Positions 18,116 through 25,827 of a DNA stretch of 32,751 nt are shown piece by piece. Positions within the stretch are counted from its first letter, which is position 1. The number at the start of each line of letters is the position of its first letter. The notes under the pieces were generated by a model, which saw only the letters and a list, made by a program, of their open reading frames with translations, was not told the DNA's origin and made no database searches. A program made the position numbers and the translations under genes. This DNA comes from a virus, in IMG/VR virus record IMGVR_UViG_3300045988_100063, positions 1 through 32,751 of that record, one strand, 5' to 3'.

Positions 18116-19198
18116 TTAAAAATCTATATAATTAGCAAATTTCTCACCAATATCATCCTTGGCTTGCTTGGTGATATGTGTGTAGACATTCATGGTTGTC
18201 TTGAGATCACTGTGTCCTAGTCGATGCTGGACCTGCTTCAATGTCATTCCAGCTTCAAAGCATAGGCTGGCATGCGTATGCCTAAAACCGTGAATCTTGA
18301 TAGGTCTGACCTCAGTCCCTTTTACAATCTGCAAAAGCCATTTTCTTGGTAGTGAACTTGGAATTGGCTTTCCTTCAGGACTTTCAAAAATGAAAGTGGT
18401 AGTAGGATTCATTTCTCTGTACTCTGATAGTAGATCAATTGTCCTTTGATCAAGGCTAATCAGTCGGACACTACTCTTGTTTTTAGTAGCTCCCACAGAT
18501 TCGCCCTCAAAACCTCTTGTAATGGCCTTGTTTATGTTCAAGGTGTTATCTATCCAGTCAGTCCATTTGAGAGCTAAAATCTCCCCTTTTCTGGCTCCTG
18601 TGAACGCAAAAAGACGAAACATGACTTTCTTTCTCAGATCATCCGTACCATCCACTAATCTCATGAATGCTTTTAACTCATCTTTATCATAAAAATCACT
18701 AGAAGAATCACTCTCTTTTTTGACAAGAGTGGTGACACTATCAACAGGATTGGTTGAAATATAACCATAACGGATGGCATATTTGAAAATATTATTCATT
18801 AAACCTTTCAACTTCCGCCCATACACCAATTTTCTGGACCATTCATTGACCTGTTCCTGCAATTGAAGAGGAGTGATGGAAGCTATTTTTTGACTACCAA
18901 AAACAGGATAGATGTGATTTTTGATATTTCTTTCAGTCTTGATGTAAGTGCTATCCTGAACGGTATCAGCGTACTCTTTGAGCCACTTCTTTGCGATTTC
19001 CTCAAATGTGATATCTTTTTGGGATTGTTCCCCATTTTCCAAATCGTCCTGAAGTTGTAAGAGTGCCACCCGTGCCTTTGCTTTGGTTGGAAATCCTTGA
19101 CGCTTGACATACTTATCTTTTCCGTTTTCTTTACCTACATAGATCCTAAATCCGTAGGCTGTATCACCATTCTTCTTTTTATAAGATTTTATTTCCAT
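18116..19198 (-). CDS. int: Tyrosine integrase (full-length: arm-binding, core-binding and catalytic domains)
   Basis: 360 aa. The N-terminal 'YKKKNGDTAYGFRIYVG' is arm-binding-like. Catalytic residues sit in 'TGARKGE', 'HGFRHTH' and 'LGHSDLKTTMNVYTH'. Confidence 0.95.
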   Translation of the reverse strand: MEIKSYKKKNGDTAYGFRIYVGKENGKDKYVKRQGFPTKAKARVALLQLQDDLENGEQSQKDITFEEIAKKWLKEYADTVQDSTYIKTERNIKNHIYPVFGSQKIASITPLQLQEQVNEWSRKLVYGRKLKGLMNNIFKYAIRYGYISTNPVDSVTTLVKKESDSSSDFYDKDELKAFMRLVDGTDDLRKKVMFRLFAFTGARKGEILALKWTDWIDNTLNINKAITRGFEGESVGATKNKSSVRLISLDQRTIDLLSEYREMNPTTTFIFESPEGKPIPSSLPRKWLLQIVKGTEVRPIKIHGFRHTHASLCFEAGMTLKQVQHRLGHSDLKTTMNVYTHITKQAKDDIGEKFANYIDF

Positions 19199-19272
19199 TG
19201 CGTTTTACCTCATTTCTTGATAAAATGGGCATAAGAAAAAGACCTTTTGAATGGCTTTTCTTACACTGTAAT

Positions 19273-19316
19273 CCTCACACTCAATTTTTGGCGAAGGCGA
19301 GTGTGGGGATTTTTTT
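19273..19316 (+). terminator. Hairpin plus T7 oriented on the + strand (antisense to the lysogeny module)
   Basis: CCTCACACTC (19273-82) pairs with GAGTGTGGGG (19299-308), one G-T pair, followed by ATTTTTTT. The T-run follows the stem only on the + strand. Confidence 0.6.
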
Positions 19317-19321
19317 CTTAC

Positions 19322-19816
19322 TTAATTATTAAGTATCTTCATCTTGCCACCATGCTCTTGAGCAATTGTTGTTTTATCTGCATCAGAAACTTTAACTATT
19401 AATTCAGGAGTATCTTTCTCTGGGTTAATTTTATAGTTGTTTTCTTTTGCCCATTTTTTAAACAGCTCATTTTTTTGTTTAAGAAATGAATTAGCAAGAT
19501 AGATTTTACGACTTGTACTTTCAGCACTCCACGATTCTCCAACACGGACAGAAACAGCAGTAGCATTTCCACCTGTAACAAATTCGATTTTATCACCATT
19601 GTCCAAGACTTCCGCATTTTCTCGTAAATAAATTGCGAACTCTTCCCCAAGCTTATCCGTCATTTTAAAAGTGTTGTTTTTAATAGTAGCAGACTTTTCT
19701 GCACTACTTGTAGTTTTTGATTTTGGTTTAGTTAGAGAGCTTATACCGCCAATAACAACCAAAATAATAAATATTATAAACCAAACTTGTTTATAAAAAG
19801 GCTTACTTTTTTTCAT
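19322..19816 (-). CDS. Membrane-anchored protein, candidate superinfection-exclusion (Sie-like)
   Basis: 164 aa with a single N-terminal TM helix (VWFIIFIILVVIGGISSL) and no lipobox Cys. Located between int and the ImmA/cI pair. Confidence 0.7.
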   Translation of the reverse strand: MKKSKPFYKQVWFIIFIILVVIGGISSLTKPKSKTTSSAEKSATIKNNTFKMTDKLGEEFAIYLRENAEVLDNGDKIEFVTGGNATAVSVRVGESWSAESTSRKIYLANSFLKQKNELFKKWAKENNYKINPEKDTPELIVKVSDADKTTIAQEHGGKMKILNN

Positions 19817-19829
19817 TAGATCCTCCTAT

Positions 19830-20210
19830 TTAACTAATTAGTGAATTAAACTCGTCTTTAACCATCGTTTCATTTGCGATGGTCTTCAGACTGTATTTTT
19901 CCATAAAATGAAGATAATTAAAATCCCTAATATCATCCATTAGCTTCAATTCTTCTTCAAGCAAATGATGAATCATGCTTCTATCAGCTTGTAATTCGCA
20001 AAGCTCTCTATTCAATTCATATTGAACAGGAGTGTGTTCTTTATGACCTAATTCATGAAGAGCTACTTGTTTTTGATCTTCCACCGACAAATTAATATCC
20101 AGGGCTAGAATATTAAGAGCAGGATTGAAAAATCCAGGGCTGTGCCAATTACTTCCGTCAAAGTAGCAGAGATTTACACCTTCTTTGGCACAAAGCTCTT
20201 GTACTGTCAT
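19830..20210 (-). CDS. ImmA/IrrE-family zinc metalloprotease
   Basis: 126 aa with an 'HELGH' motif, directly downstream of and co-oriented with the XRE repressor. Confidence 0.85.
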   Translation of the reverse strand: MTVQELCAKEGVNLCYFDGSNWHSPGFFNPALNILALDINLSVEDQKQVALHELGHKEHTPVQYELNRELCELQADRSMIHHLLEEELKLMDDIRDFNYLHFMEKYSLKTIANETMVKDEFNSLIS

Positions 20211-20221
20211 ATAATGTACCT

Positions 20222-20566
20222 CTATTTATTTTTTAAATGAGCCTCAAGGACAGCAGTGATGAAATCAATATCTTCTTCGGTCAATGGCTTTCCATCAAAC
20301 AGCATGGATTGAGCCGCAATATCACGCAGATCCAATGGTGCAGAAGCATCACCATCGTTTGCGACATTCGGGTTATCAGTTCTTCCCAATAAGTAGTCTG
20401 TAGAGACATTGAAATAATCAGCAACCTTTTCTATTTTATCACCGCTAGGCATAGAGGTTTCCCATTTTCTTAAACTACCATTGCTGAAATCTAGCTTTCT
20501 TTCCAGTTCAGCCATGGTCATTTGATGAGTAGCTGCCAATAACTTGATTCTATCAAGTAGACTCAT
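20222..20566 (-). CDS. cI-like XRE-family HTH repressor
   Basis: 114 aa with an N-terminal HTH (MTMAELERKLDFSNGSLRKWE). Divergent from the cro-like gene. Confidence 0.85.
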   Translation of the reverse strand: MSLLDRIKLLAATHQMTMAELERKLDFSNGSLRKWETSMPSGDKIEKVADYFNVSTDYLLGRTDNPNVANDGDASAPLDLRDIAAQSMLFDGKPLTEEDIDFITAVLEAHLKNK

Positions 20567-20602
20567 TTTTTCCTCCTTTTTTTAAAAAAACTTACAAAAA
20601 TG

Positions 20603-20813
20603 TAAAATTTTCTATTTTATCTGTTGACAAGAGGAAAATTTTCTATTATACTATTCTTGTAAGTTAAATTAAAAGCTATAAATAAGTTTTACAAATATCA
20701 ACGTGGTCCGCCAAGACAGTAGATATCAAAACCTATTTAGTAGTGTTCTTTTCTATACCCTAATAGTAGAATATTTTCTATTATTTGTCAATAAAAAAAG
20801 ATAATTTTCTTAT
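20603..20813. promoter_or_regulatory. Genetic switch: four copies of a GAAAATTTTC-like palindromic operator
   Basis: taaaattttc 20603-12, gaaaattttc 20634-43 (perfect palindrome), gaatattttc 20769-78 and gataattttc 20800-09. Each is followed by tatt or ttat. Confidence 0.6.
20624..20652 (+). promoter_or_regulatory. Sigma-70-type promoter (rightward, early lytic)
   Basis: TTGACA (20624-29), a 17-nt spacer and TATACT (20647-52). The second operator copy lies in the spacer. Confidence 0.6.
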
Positions 20814-20840
20814 AAAATTTTCCAAAGAAAGGAGAAAAAG

Positions 20841-21026
20841 ATGCTATATGACAAAATTAAAAAAATAGCAAAAGAAAACAATATTTCTATTTATCGAATA
20901 GAAAGAGATCTGGATCTTAGCAATGGAAGCATCAGAAAATGGAATTCGAGCATTCCGCTTTCCCAAACATTGAATAAGGTCGCCAAATATCTTGGTGTAT
21001 CAATCAGCGACTTGATGGAGGAATAA
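20841..21026 (+). CDS. Cro-like XRE HTH protein
   Basis: 61 aa HTH ([21 protein letters not shown]), first rightward gene. AGGAG lies 7 nt upstream. Confidence 0.8.
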   Translation: MLYDKIKKIAKENNISIYRIERDLDLSNGSIRKWNSSIPLSQTLNKVAKYLGVSISDLMEE

Positions 21027-21027
21027 A

Positions 21028-21774
21028 ATGAATGAGATTTTTAATTTTAACGGAAAACAGGTCCGCACAATAATCTTAAACAGTGAACCTTATTTTGTTG
21101 GAAAAGATGTTGCGGATATTTTGGGATATTCAAGAGCAGACAACGCAATAAGAAGTCATGTTGATGATGATGATAAGCTAACGCACCAATTTAGTGCATC
21201 AGGTCAAAATCGAAATATGATAATCATTAATGAATCAGGTTTGTATTCTCTAATATTAGCAAGCAAATTACCACAAGCGAAAGAGTTCAAAAAGTGGATT
21301 ACAAGTGAAGTCCTGCCAGCAATACGGAAACACGGGGGCTACTTGACAGATAGGATGATTGAACAAGCCTTGCTAAATCCTGACACTATTATCAAATTAG
21401 CAACAGATCTGAAGCAGGAACGTGAAAAAAGTAGCCGTTTGGAAATTGAGTTAGAACAAGCACAGGAACAGGCACGCTACTTGGATTTAATTATTGAAAG
21501 CAAATCCGCTGTGGTTATCACCCAAATAGCTGCTGACTATGGAATGAGCGCCATTAAATTCAATCAACTCTTGTATTCTCTAGGCATCCAACACAAAGTT
21601 AATAATCAATGGATTCTATACAGAAAATACATGGCCAAAGGATACACAGATAGCAAGACGATTGAAATCTCTGGTAGGGTCAGAATGCAGACAGTATGGA
21701 CTCAAAAAGGCCGGCTGTTCTTGTATGAACTATTGAAAAAACATGACATTCTACCATTGATTGAACAGGAGTAA
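21028..21774 (+). CDS. Antirepressor (Bro-N domain plus KilAC/ANT C-terminal domain)
   Basis: '[30 protein letters not shown]' is a Bro-N signature. The C-terminal half is KilAC-like. Confidence 0.85.
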   Translation: MNEIFNFNGKQVRTIILNSEPYFVGKDVADILGYSRADNAIRSHVDDDDKLTHQFSASGQNRNMIIINESGLYSLILASKLPQAKEFKKWITSEVLPAIRKHGGYLTDRMIEQALLNPDTIIKLATDLKQEREKSSRLEIELEQAQEQARYLDLIIESKSAVVITQIAADYGMSAIKFNQLLYSLGIQHKVNNQWILYRKYMAKGYTDSKTIEISGRVRMQTVWTQKGRLFLYELLKKHDILPLIEQE

Positions 21775-21791
21775 CGGAAATATAACTAAAT

Positions 21792-21812
21792 AAAAAAGCC
21801 CATTCGTGGGCT
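21792..21812 (-). terminator. Terminator of the reverse-oriented DUF4145 gene
   Basis: AGCCCA / TTCG / TGGGCT hairpin. The T-run follows the stem only on the - strand (A6 at 21792-97 on the + strand). Confidence 0.7.
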
Positions 21813-21832
21813 GTGAGTAATTGGTTTAAAAG

Positions 21833-22567
21833 TTATGAATCTCTCCTTTCAATAGATTGTAGAATTGATTCTGGCAAATTATTATATACTTCATTAATCC
21901 TTTTTTGTTGGCTAATTTGGTTCTCAACAATTAAATTAATAAAATCTAGTAAAGAAGAAGCAAGTTGAGCATTATCTGACAGGTCTATTTCTCCCGGATG
22001 AACAGCATTGTTTCCAATTACTCTGACACTATCAAGCATTTGTTGAATTCGTGCTGATAACCCTTTTGAAACAAGATCGGCAATTTTTAAATTCAAATTG
22101 CTCCCTTCAGCTTCTAAGTGGTCAACTAATTTTTCTATTGCTAAACGTGAGAGAGCAGCAGAAGATCTAGGAGAATATTTTAAAACGAGACAAGCCTCAT
22201 CATATATTTTCTTAACATCTTCCGGCATATCTTCATTTGCTTTTGGAAGATCAGGACTAGTGAATGGATATAAAAGAATTTCTGAAGAATCATCTCCTGA
22301 AAATGTGCTGGGATTAGAAACGGTATTTTTCAATTTCTCTGTTAACCAAATGGAAGTTTTTAAACAACCTTGACATCTTGCAAAAATTACATATCTGCTT
22401 TCTTTAATTTTATCTAGACCCATCATATCACCATCAAAAAGTTCCATTTGCATGTATCTCCAATCATGAGTTGCCACCCCATTACAATAAGGACAAATAA
22501 AGGAACGGGAGTGAAAACCTTCGTTATATGTATAGCTAGTAATTTTATTGTTATCAAATTTTTGCAT
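21833..22567 (-). CDS. Zinc-ribbon + DUF4145 (HEPN-like) protein; candidate prophage-encoded defence/abortive-infection effector
   Basis: 244 aa with an N-terminal CPYC...CQGC four-Cys cluster. The C-terminal helical domain contains '...AALSRLAIEKLV...' and 'DSVRVIGNNAVHPGE', as in DUF4145. It has its own RBS (AAGAGG), an extended -10 and a terminator. Confidence 0.75.
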   Translation of the reverse strand: MQKFDNNKITSYTYNEGFHSRSFICPYCNGVATHDWRYMQMELFDGDMMGLDKIKESRYVIFARCQGCLKTSIWLTEKLKNTVSNPSTFSGDDSSEILLYPFTSPDLPKANEDMPEDVKKIYDEACLVLKYSPRSSAALSRLAIEKLVDHLEAEGSNLNLKIADLVSKGLSARIQQMLDSVRVIGNNAVHPGEIDLSDNAQLASSLLDFINLIVENQISQQKRINEVYNNLPESILQSIERRDS

Positions 22568-22594
22568 AGCAACCTCTTATGTGTTTTTACATTT

Positions 22595-22603
22595 ATTATA
22601 TCA
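22595..22603 (-). promoter_or_regulatory. Extended -10 (TGATATAAT on the - strand) for the DUF4145 gene
   Basis: The reverse complement of attatatca at 22595-22603 is TGATATAAT. It lies about 28 nt upstream of the ATG at 22567. Confidence 0.5.
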
Positions 22604-22620
22604 AAAATTGAAAGGACGTG

Positions 22621-22929
22621 ATGAAAATGATGCAGTATCCTATTCTAAATCAAATAACTCAAACTCATAACGAGAACTATATTAATCAACTTTTTGAAGA
22701 ACTCGTATCTCTTAATATTAAAGCTATGGAAGAAGCTAAGCGCATAACAAGCAGACAGATTACCTGGGTGTCCATCAAAGAGCTGCAAGCATCTACTGGT
22801 TGGGGCAGAACCAAGCTTGAAGAATGGCGTGATCAAGGGAAATTTCAATTTCAACAGTCTGGGAAAGGCGGAAAGTATCTGTATAATTTGGAAGATGTTC
22901 AGCGATTCTGTCGAAGCTTGCAAAAATAA
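22621..22929 (+). CDS. Excisionase-like / MerR-type HTH DNA-binding protein
   Basis: About 102 aa. 'WVSIKELQASTGWGRTKLEEWRDQGKF' resembles excisionase-family HTH_17. The start is ambiguous (GTG 22618; ATG 22621, 22627 or 22630). Confidence 0.55.
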   Translation: MKMMQYPILNQITQTHNENYINQLFEELVSLNIKAMEEAKRITSRQITWVSIKELQASTGWGRTKLEEWRDQGKFQFQQSGKGGKYLYNLEDVQRFCRSLQK

Positions 22930-22999
22930 AAAAAGCGCCTTTAGAAAGGCACTTTGAAAGAACTATAAACTAATTATAACACAATTTGAAGGAGAAGAA

Positions 23000-23167
23000 A
23001 TGGATCCTATTAAAAGATTACTAAAATTGATGGATTGGCAAGATGCCAATAGGACATTAAAAGTAGAAGAAAAAGCCAAATTGATGAAACTGTCAGATAA
23101 TGAATTTGAAGATAAACTTCATCAGATGGCTCTGGATTTTAAGAATGATGGGGTGATTAGAGCATGA
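23000..23167 (+). CDS. Small hypothetical protein (55 aa; below the ORF-track cutoff)
   Basis: GGAGAAG lies 2 nt upstream of ATG 23000. The frame is open to TGA 23165-67, with an ATGA overlap to the next gene. I translated it by hand: MDPIKRLLKLMDWQDANRTLKVEEKAKLMKLSDNEFEDKLHQMALDFKNDGVIRA. Confidence 0.45.
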   Translation: MDPIKRLLKLMDWQDANRTLKVEEKAKLMKLSDNEFEDKLHQMALDFKNDGVIRA

Positions 23168-23442
23168 GCTTAAAACAATTAAAATTTACTGTTTTATCAC
23201 TTACAACACTATTCTTATTATTTGCAGGCGCAACAATGAAAATCATGTACGGTCAAGAACAACGCATCAAGGATCTAGAAAATGCGGTCCAAATGAATTT
23301 TGAAAGTACAGGTCATTGGGCCGAAAGTATCGAAAAAATCAAAGAGACCAATAAGGCTCAAGATGTGATGATCAACAAATTCAACCGGGAACTTTTCCCG
23401 CAAAAAGAAACAAAAGAGGTAGAAGAAAATGACAACAATTGA
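23164..23442 (+). CDS. Hypothetical membrane-anchored protein (92 aa)
   Basis: N-terminal TM helix (FTVLSLTTLFLLFAGATM). Translationally coupled to its neighbours. Confidence 0.6.
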   Translation: MSLKQLKFTVLSLTTLFLLFAGATMKIMYGQEQRIKDLENAVQMNFESTGHWAESIEKIKETNKAQDVMINKFNRELFPQKETKEVEENDNN

Positions 23443-23638
23443 AATTATTTTAGCAGTAGCTTTTGTAACATACATTTTACTTTCAGGATTTGCAATCTAT
23501 GTGATGCGTGAAGTAATCGTTCGCCAGAAAGCCAAAATGAAGCATTACAAATCAGCAAAATATCAGCGTGAAATGTGGAATAAGAGAATGTCTGAAATCC
23601 ATCAAAAAAGAACAGTGAAAGGAATGTCTGAACTATGA
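23429..23638 (+). CDS. Hypothetical membrane protein (69 aa)
   Basis: N-terminal TM helix (IEIILAVAFVTYILLSGFAIYV) with a basic tail. Confidence 0.55.
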   Translation: MTTIEIILAVAFVTYILLSGFAIYVMREVIVRQKAKMKHYKSAKYQREMWNKRMSEIHQKRTVKGMSEL

Positions 23639-23895
23639 ACGACAATGTAAAAAATCCAAAACATTACCAAGGCCGGAATGGCATAGAAGCAATTGATGTT
23701 CATCGCAATTTCATGAATGATGAACAGTTAACAGGGTATCATTTGGGTAATACCCTAAAATACCTCCTTCGCTATCGCAAAAAAAATGGGATTGAGGATT
23801 TGGAGAAAGCAAAGGTTCACATGGATTGGTTGATTGAGAAAGAAAAGGCAATTTTAAAAAACGAAAATGATTTGAAAGGTATGGAAAATGATTAA
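23635..23895 (+). CDS. DUF3310-family protein
   Basis: 'NPKHYQG..GIEAIDV......[24 protein letters not shown]' is the DUF3310 signature, as I recall it. Confidence 0.7.
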   Translation: MNDNVKNPKHYQGRNGIEAIDVHRNFMNDEQLTGYHLGNTLKYLLRYRKKNGIEDLEKAKVHMDWLIEKEKAILKNENDLKGMEND

Positions 23896-24301
23896 TAATG
23901 TTGTACTTATCGGGCGTTTAACTCGTGATGTAGAACTGCATCGAACATCTCAAGATCAAGCAGTTGGACAATTCACGCTTGCTGTAAATCGAAATTTTAA
24001 AAATCAAGATGGTGGATATGATGCAGATTTTATCAATTGCGTGATTTGGCGGAAATTAGCGGAAAACTTCGCAAGCTGGATCAAGAAAGGAAATCTGGTA
24101 GCAATCACTGGCCATATCCAAACCCGTAATTATGAGAATCAGCAAGGTCAACGTGTCTATGTCACTGAAGTTATTATTGATAGTTTCAGAAGCTTAGAAA
24201 AGCGTGACAATTCAGCCAACCAGAACTCTATTGATGAGCAAATGCCTCCTTCACTTGAGAGTAATCAAATGAATATCCCTGATGATGGTTTACCATTCTA
24301 G
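23888..24301 (+). CDS. ssb: Single-stranded DNA-binding protein
   Basis: '[17 protein letters not shown]' opens an OB fold. The acidic/aromatic C-terminal tip is 'DDGLPF'. Confidence 0.92.
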   Translation: MINNVVLIGRLTRDVELHRTSQDQAVGQFTLAVNRNFKNQDGGYDADFINCVIWRKLAENFASWIKKGNLVAITGHIQTRNYENQQGQRVYVTEVIIDSFRSLEKRDNSANQNSIDEQMPPSLESNQMNIPDDGLPF

Positions 24302-24315
24302 AATGGAGGAATGAA

Positions 24316-25215
24316 ATGTCAGATAATAAGAAATACTACTATCTGAGAGTAAAAGAAAATTTTTATGACAGTGATGAAATGATTATTTTGGAAAGCATGC
24401 CAGATGGTTTTCTATACTCTAACATTTTGATCAAACTCTATCTGAGGTCATTGAAAAACAATGGTAAGTTGATGTTCAATGATCGAATCCCATTCAATTC
24501 TGAAATGCTTTCAAAAATAACAAGGCATCCTGTGGCAGTAGTAGAAAAAGCTGTCAGCATTTTCAAGGAAATGAACCTAATTGATGTTTTGGACAATGGT
24601 GCCATCTTTATGCTAGACATTGAATCATTTATTGGAAAATCGAACACGGAAGCTGATAGAAAGCGTGACTATCGCAGAAGAATTGAGAAGGAAAAACAAA
24701 AATTATTGTTGGGACATTTGTCCGGACAAATGTCGGACGAACATCCACCAGAGTTAGAGATAGAGAAAGAGAAAGAAATAGAGATAGATATAGAGAAAGA
24801 TTTAGAGAAAAATACACTCAAAATCATCGTAGATGAATATCAGTCTCGTATTTCACCAATTGATGGAATCCAATTTGAAACTTTAAAAGAATTCATCACT
24901 CTGGATGGTATGGAACCAGATGTAGTTTTAAAAGCTATCAGTTTAGCCGCTGACAATGGTAAAAGAAATTTCAGCTATATTAGAGCTATTTTGCAAAATT
25001 GGAAAAATGATGGATTATTATCCATTGCAGCAGTAAACGAACGAGAACGGAAGTTTCAGGAAAGTAAAACCAAAGGACAACCAACAAAGCAACAATCAAA
25101 TGTTCCAGATTGGTCAAAACCAAATTATACCAATCAAACAAGTGATCAAGAGAAAAAAGCTTTAGAAGAGGCAAAAAATAGACTGCTACAGAAATTAGAA
25201 AAGGATGGAAAATAA
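24316..25215 (+). CDS. Replisome organizer (phage rep-org N domain plus DnaD/DnaB_2-like C-terminal domain)
   Basis: 'YYYLRVKENFYDSDEMIILES' is rep-org N-like. 'NFSYIRAILQNWKNDGL' is the DnaD C-terminal motif. Confidence 0.85.
   Translation: MSDNKKYYYLRVKENFYDSDEMIILESMPDGFLYSNILIKLYLRSLKNNGKLMFNDRIPFNSEMLSKITRHPVAVVEKAVSIFKEMNLIDVLDNGAIFMLDIESFIGKSNTEADRKRDYRRRIEKEKQKLLLGHLSGQMSDEHPPELEIEKEKEIEIDIEKDLEKNTLKIIVDEYQSRISPIDGIQFETLKEFITLDGMEPDVVLKAISLAADNGKRNFSYIRAILQNWKNDGLLSIAAVNERERKFQESKTKGQPTKQQSNVPDWSKPNYTNQTSDQEKKALEEAKNRLLQKLEKDGK
24751..24813 (+). repeat. Purine-rich degenerate direct repeats inside the replisome-organizer gene (candidate ori)
   Basis: gagttagagatagagaaagagaaagaaatagagatagatatagagaaagatttagagaaaaat. 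'tagagaaaga' occurs at 24761-70 and 24791-800. The region encodes ELEIEKEKEIEIDIEKDLEK. Confidence 0.4.
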
Positions 25216-25409
25216 TGTTTATCTTAAAACATGGATCAAAACAAGCAAAACCATTTATAAAATCTGTAGTGGTTGGTGCAACCGGTCTAGATGTTTCATT
25301 TTCAGAGGAAACTAAAGCCATGAAATTCGTATCTCGTGGGGTTGCTATACAGGTAGGAAATGCTTTAAGAAAGTCATTTGGTACATTCTATCCAGTAGAA
25401 ATTGAATAA
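25215..25409 (+). CDS. Small hypothetical protein (64 aa)
   Basis: ORF with a TAATG overlap to the rep-organizer stop. No motif recognised. Confidence 0.55.
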   Translation: MFILKHGSKQAKPFIKSVVVGATGLDVSFSEETKAMKFVSRGVAIQVGNALRKSFGTFYPVEIE

Positions 25410-25425
25410 GGAGTTGTAATGTATC

Positions 25426-25815
25426 ATGGCAGGCTACACAAAAAATCAGATAGAACATTTTAAAGAGCAACTCAAGCTCTTAATGAAAAGCCATAACTTG
25501 ACAGCTAGAAAATTATCCAAAGAAATAGGCTACTCAATGAATACTATAAGCAGTCTATTGACCGGCAAAACCGAAGTACACGAATATCACATAAAGATGA
25601 TTTGCGAGTATTTTGAAATAGGAGAAAAACCCCTTATGGGTGATGCTGATGAGTTAGCTGATTATAAACTCTATGAAAATGGGCGTTATTTATGTACTGG
25701 TTCATTGAAGAAGTTAAGCGAAATTACAGGGAAAGATAAATTGCTATTGAAATTCTATGCAGATTTAAACAAAAAAGGCAAAGAGACCGGCAATCTAAAA
25801 CTTGTGAAAAAATAG
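25426..25815 (+). CDS. XRE-type HTH regulator (129 aa)
   Basis: HTH 'LTARKLSKEIGYSMNTISSLLTGK'. Confidence 0.7.
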   Translation: MAGYTKNQIEHFKEQLKLLMKSHNLTARKLSKEIGYSMNTISSLLTGKTEVHEYHIKMICEYFEIGEKPLMGDADELADYKLYENGRYLCTGSLKKLSEITGKDKLLLKFYADLNKKGKETGNLKLVKK

Positions 25816-25827
25816 AAAGAGGTAAAA

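Noticed and set aside
19226-19333. 35-aa + strand ORF (MGIRKRPFEW...) between int and the Sie-like gene
   Set aside because: It has no RBS, and it runs through the hairpin/T-run that I interpret as a terminator. Probably spurious.
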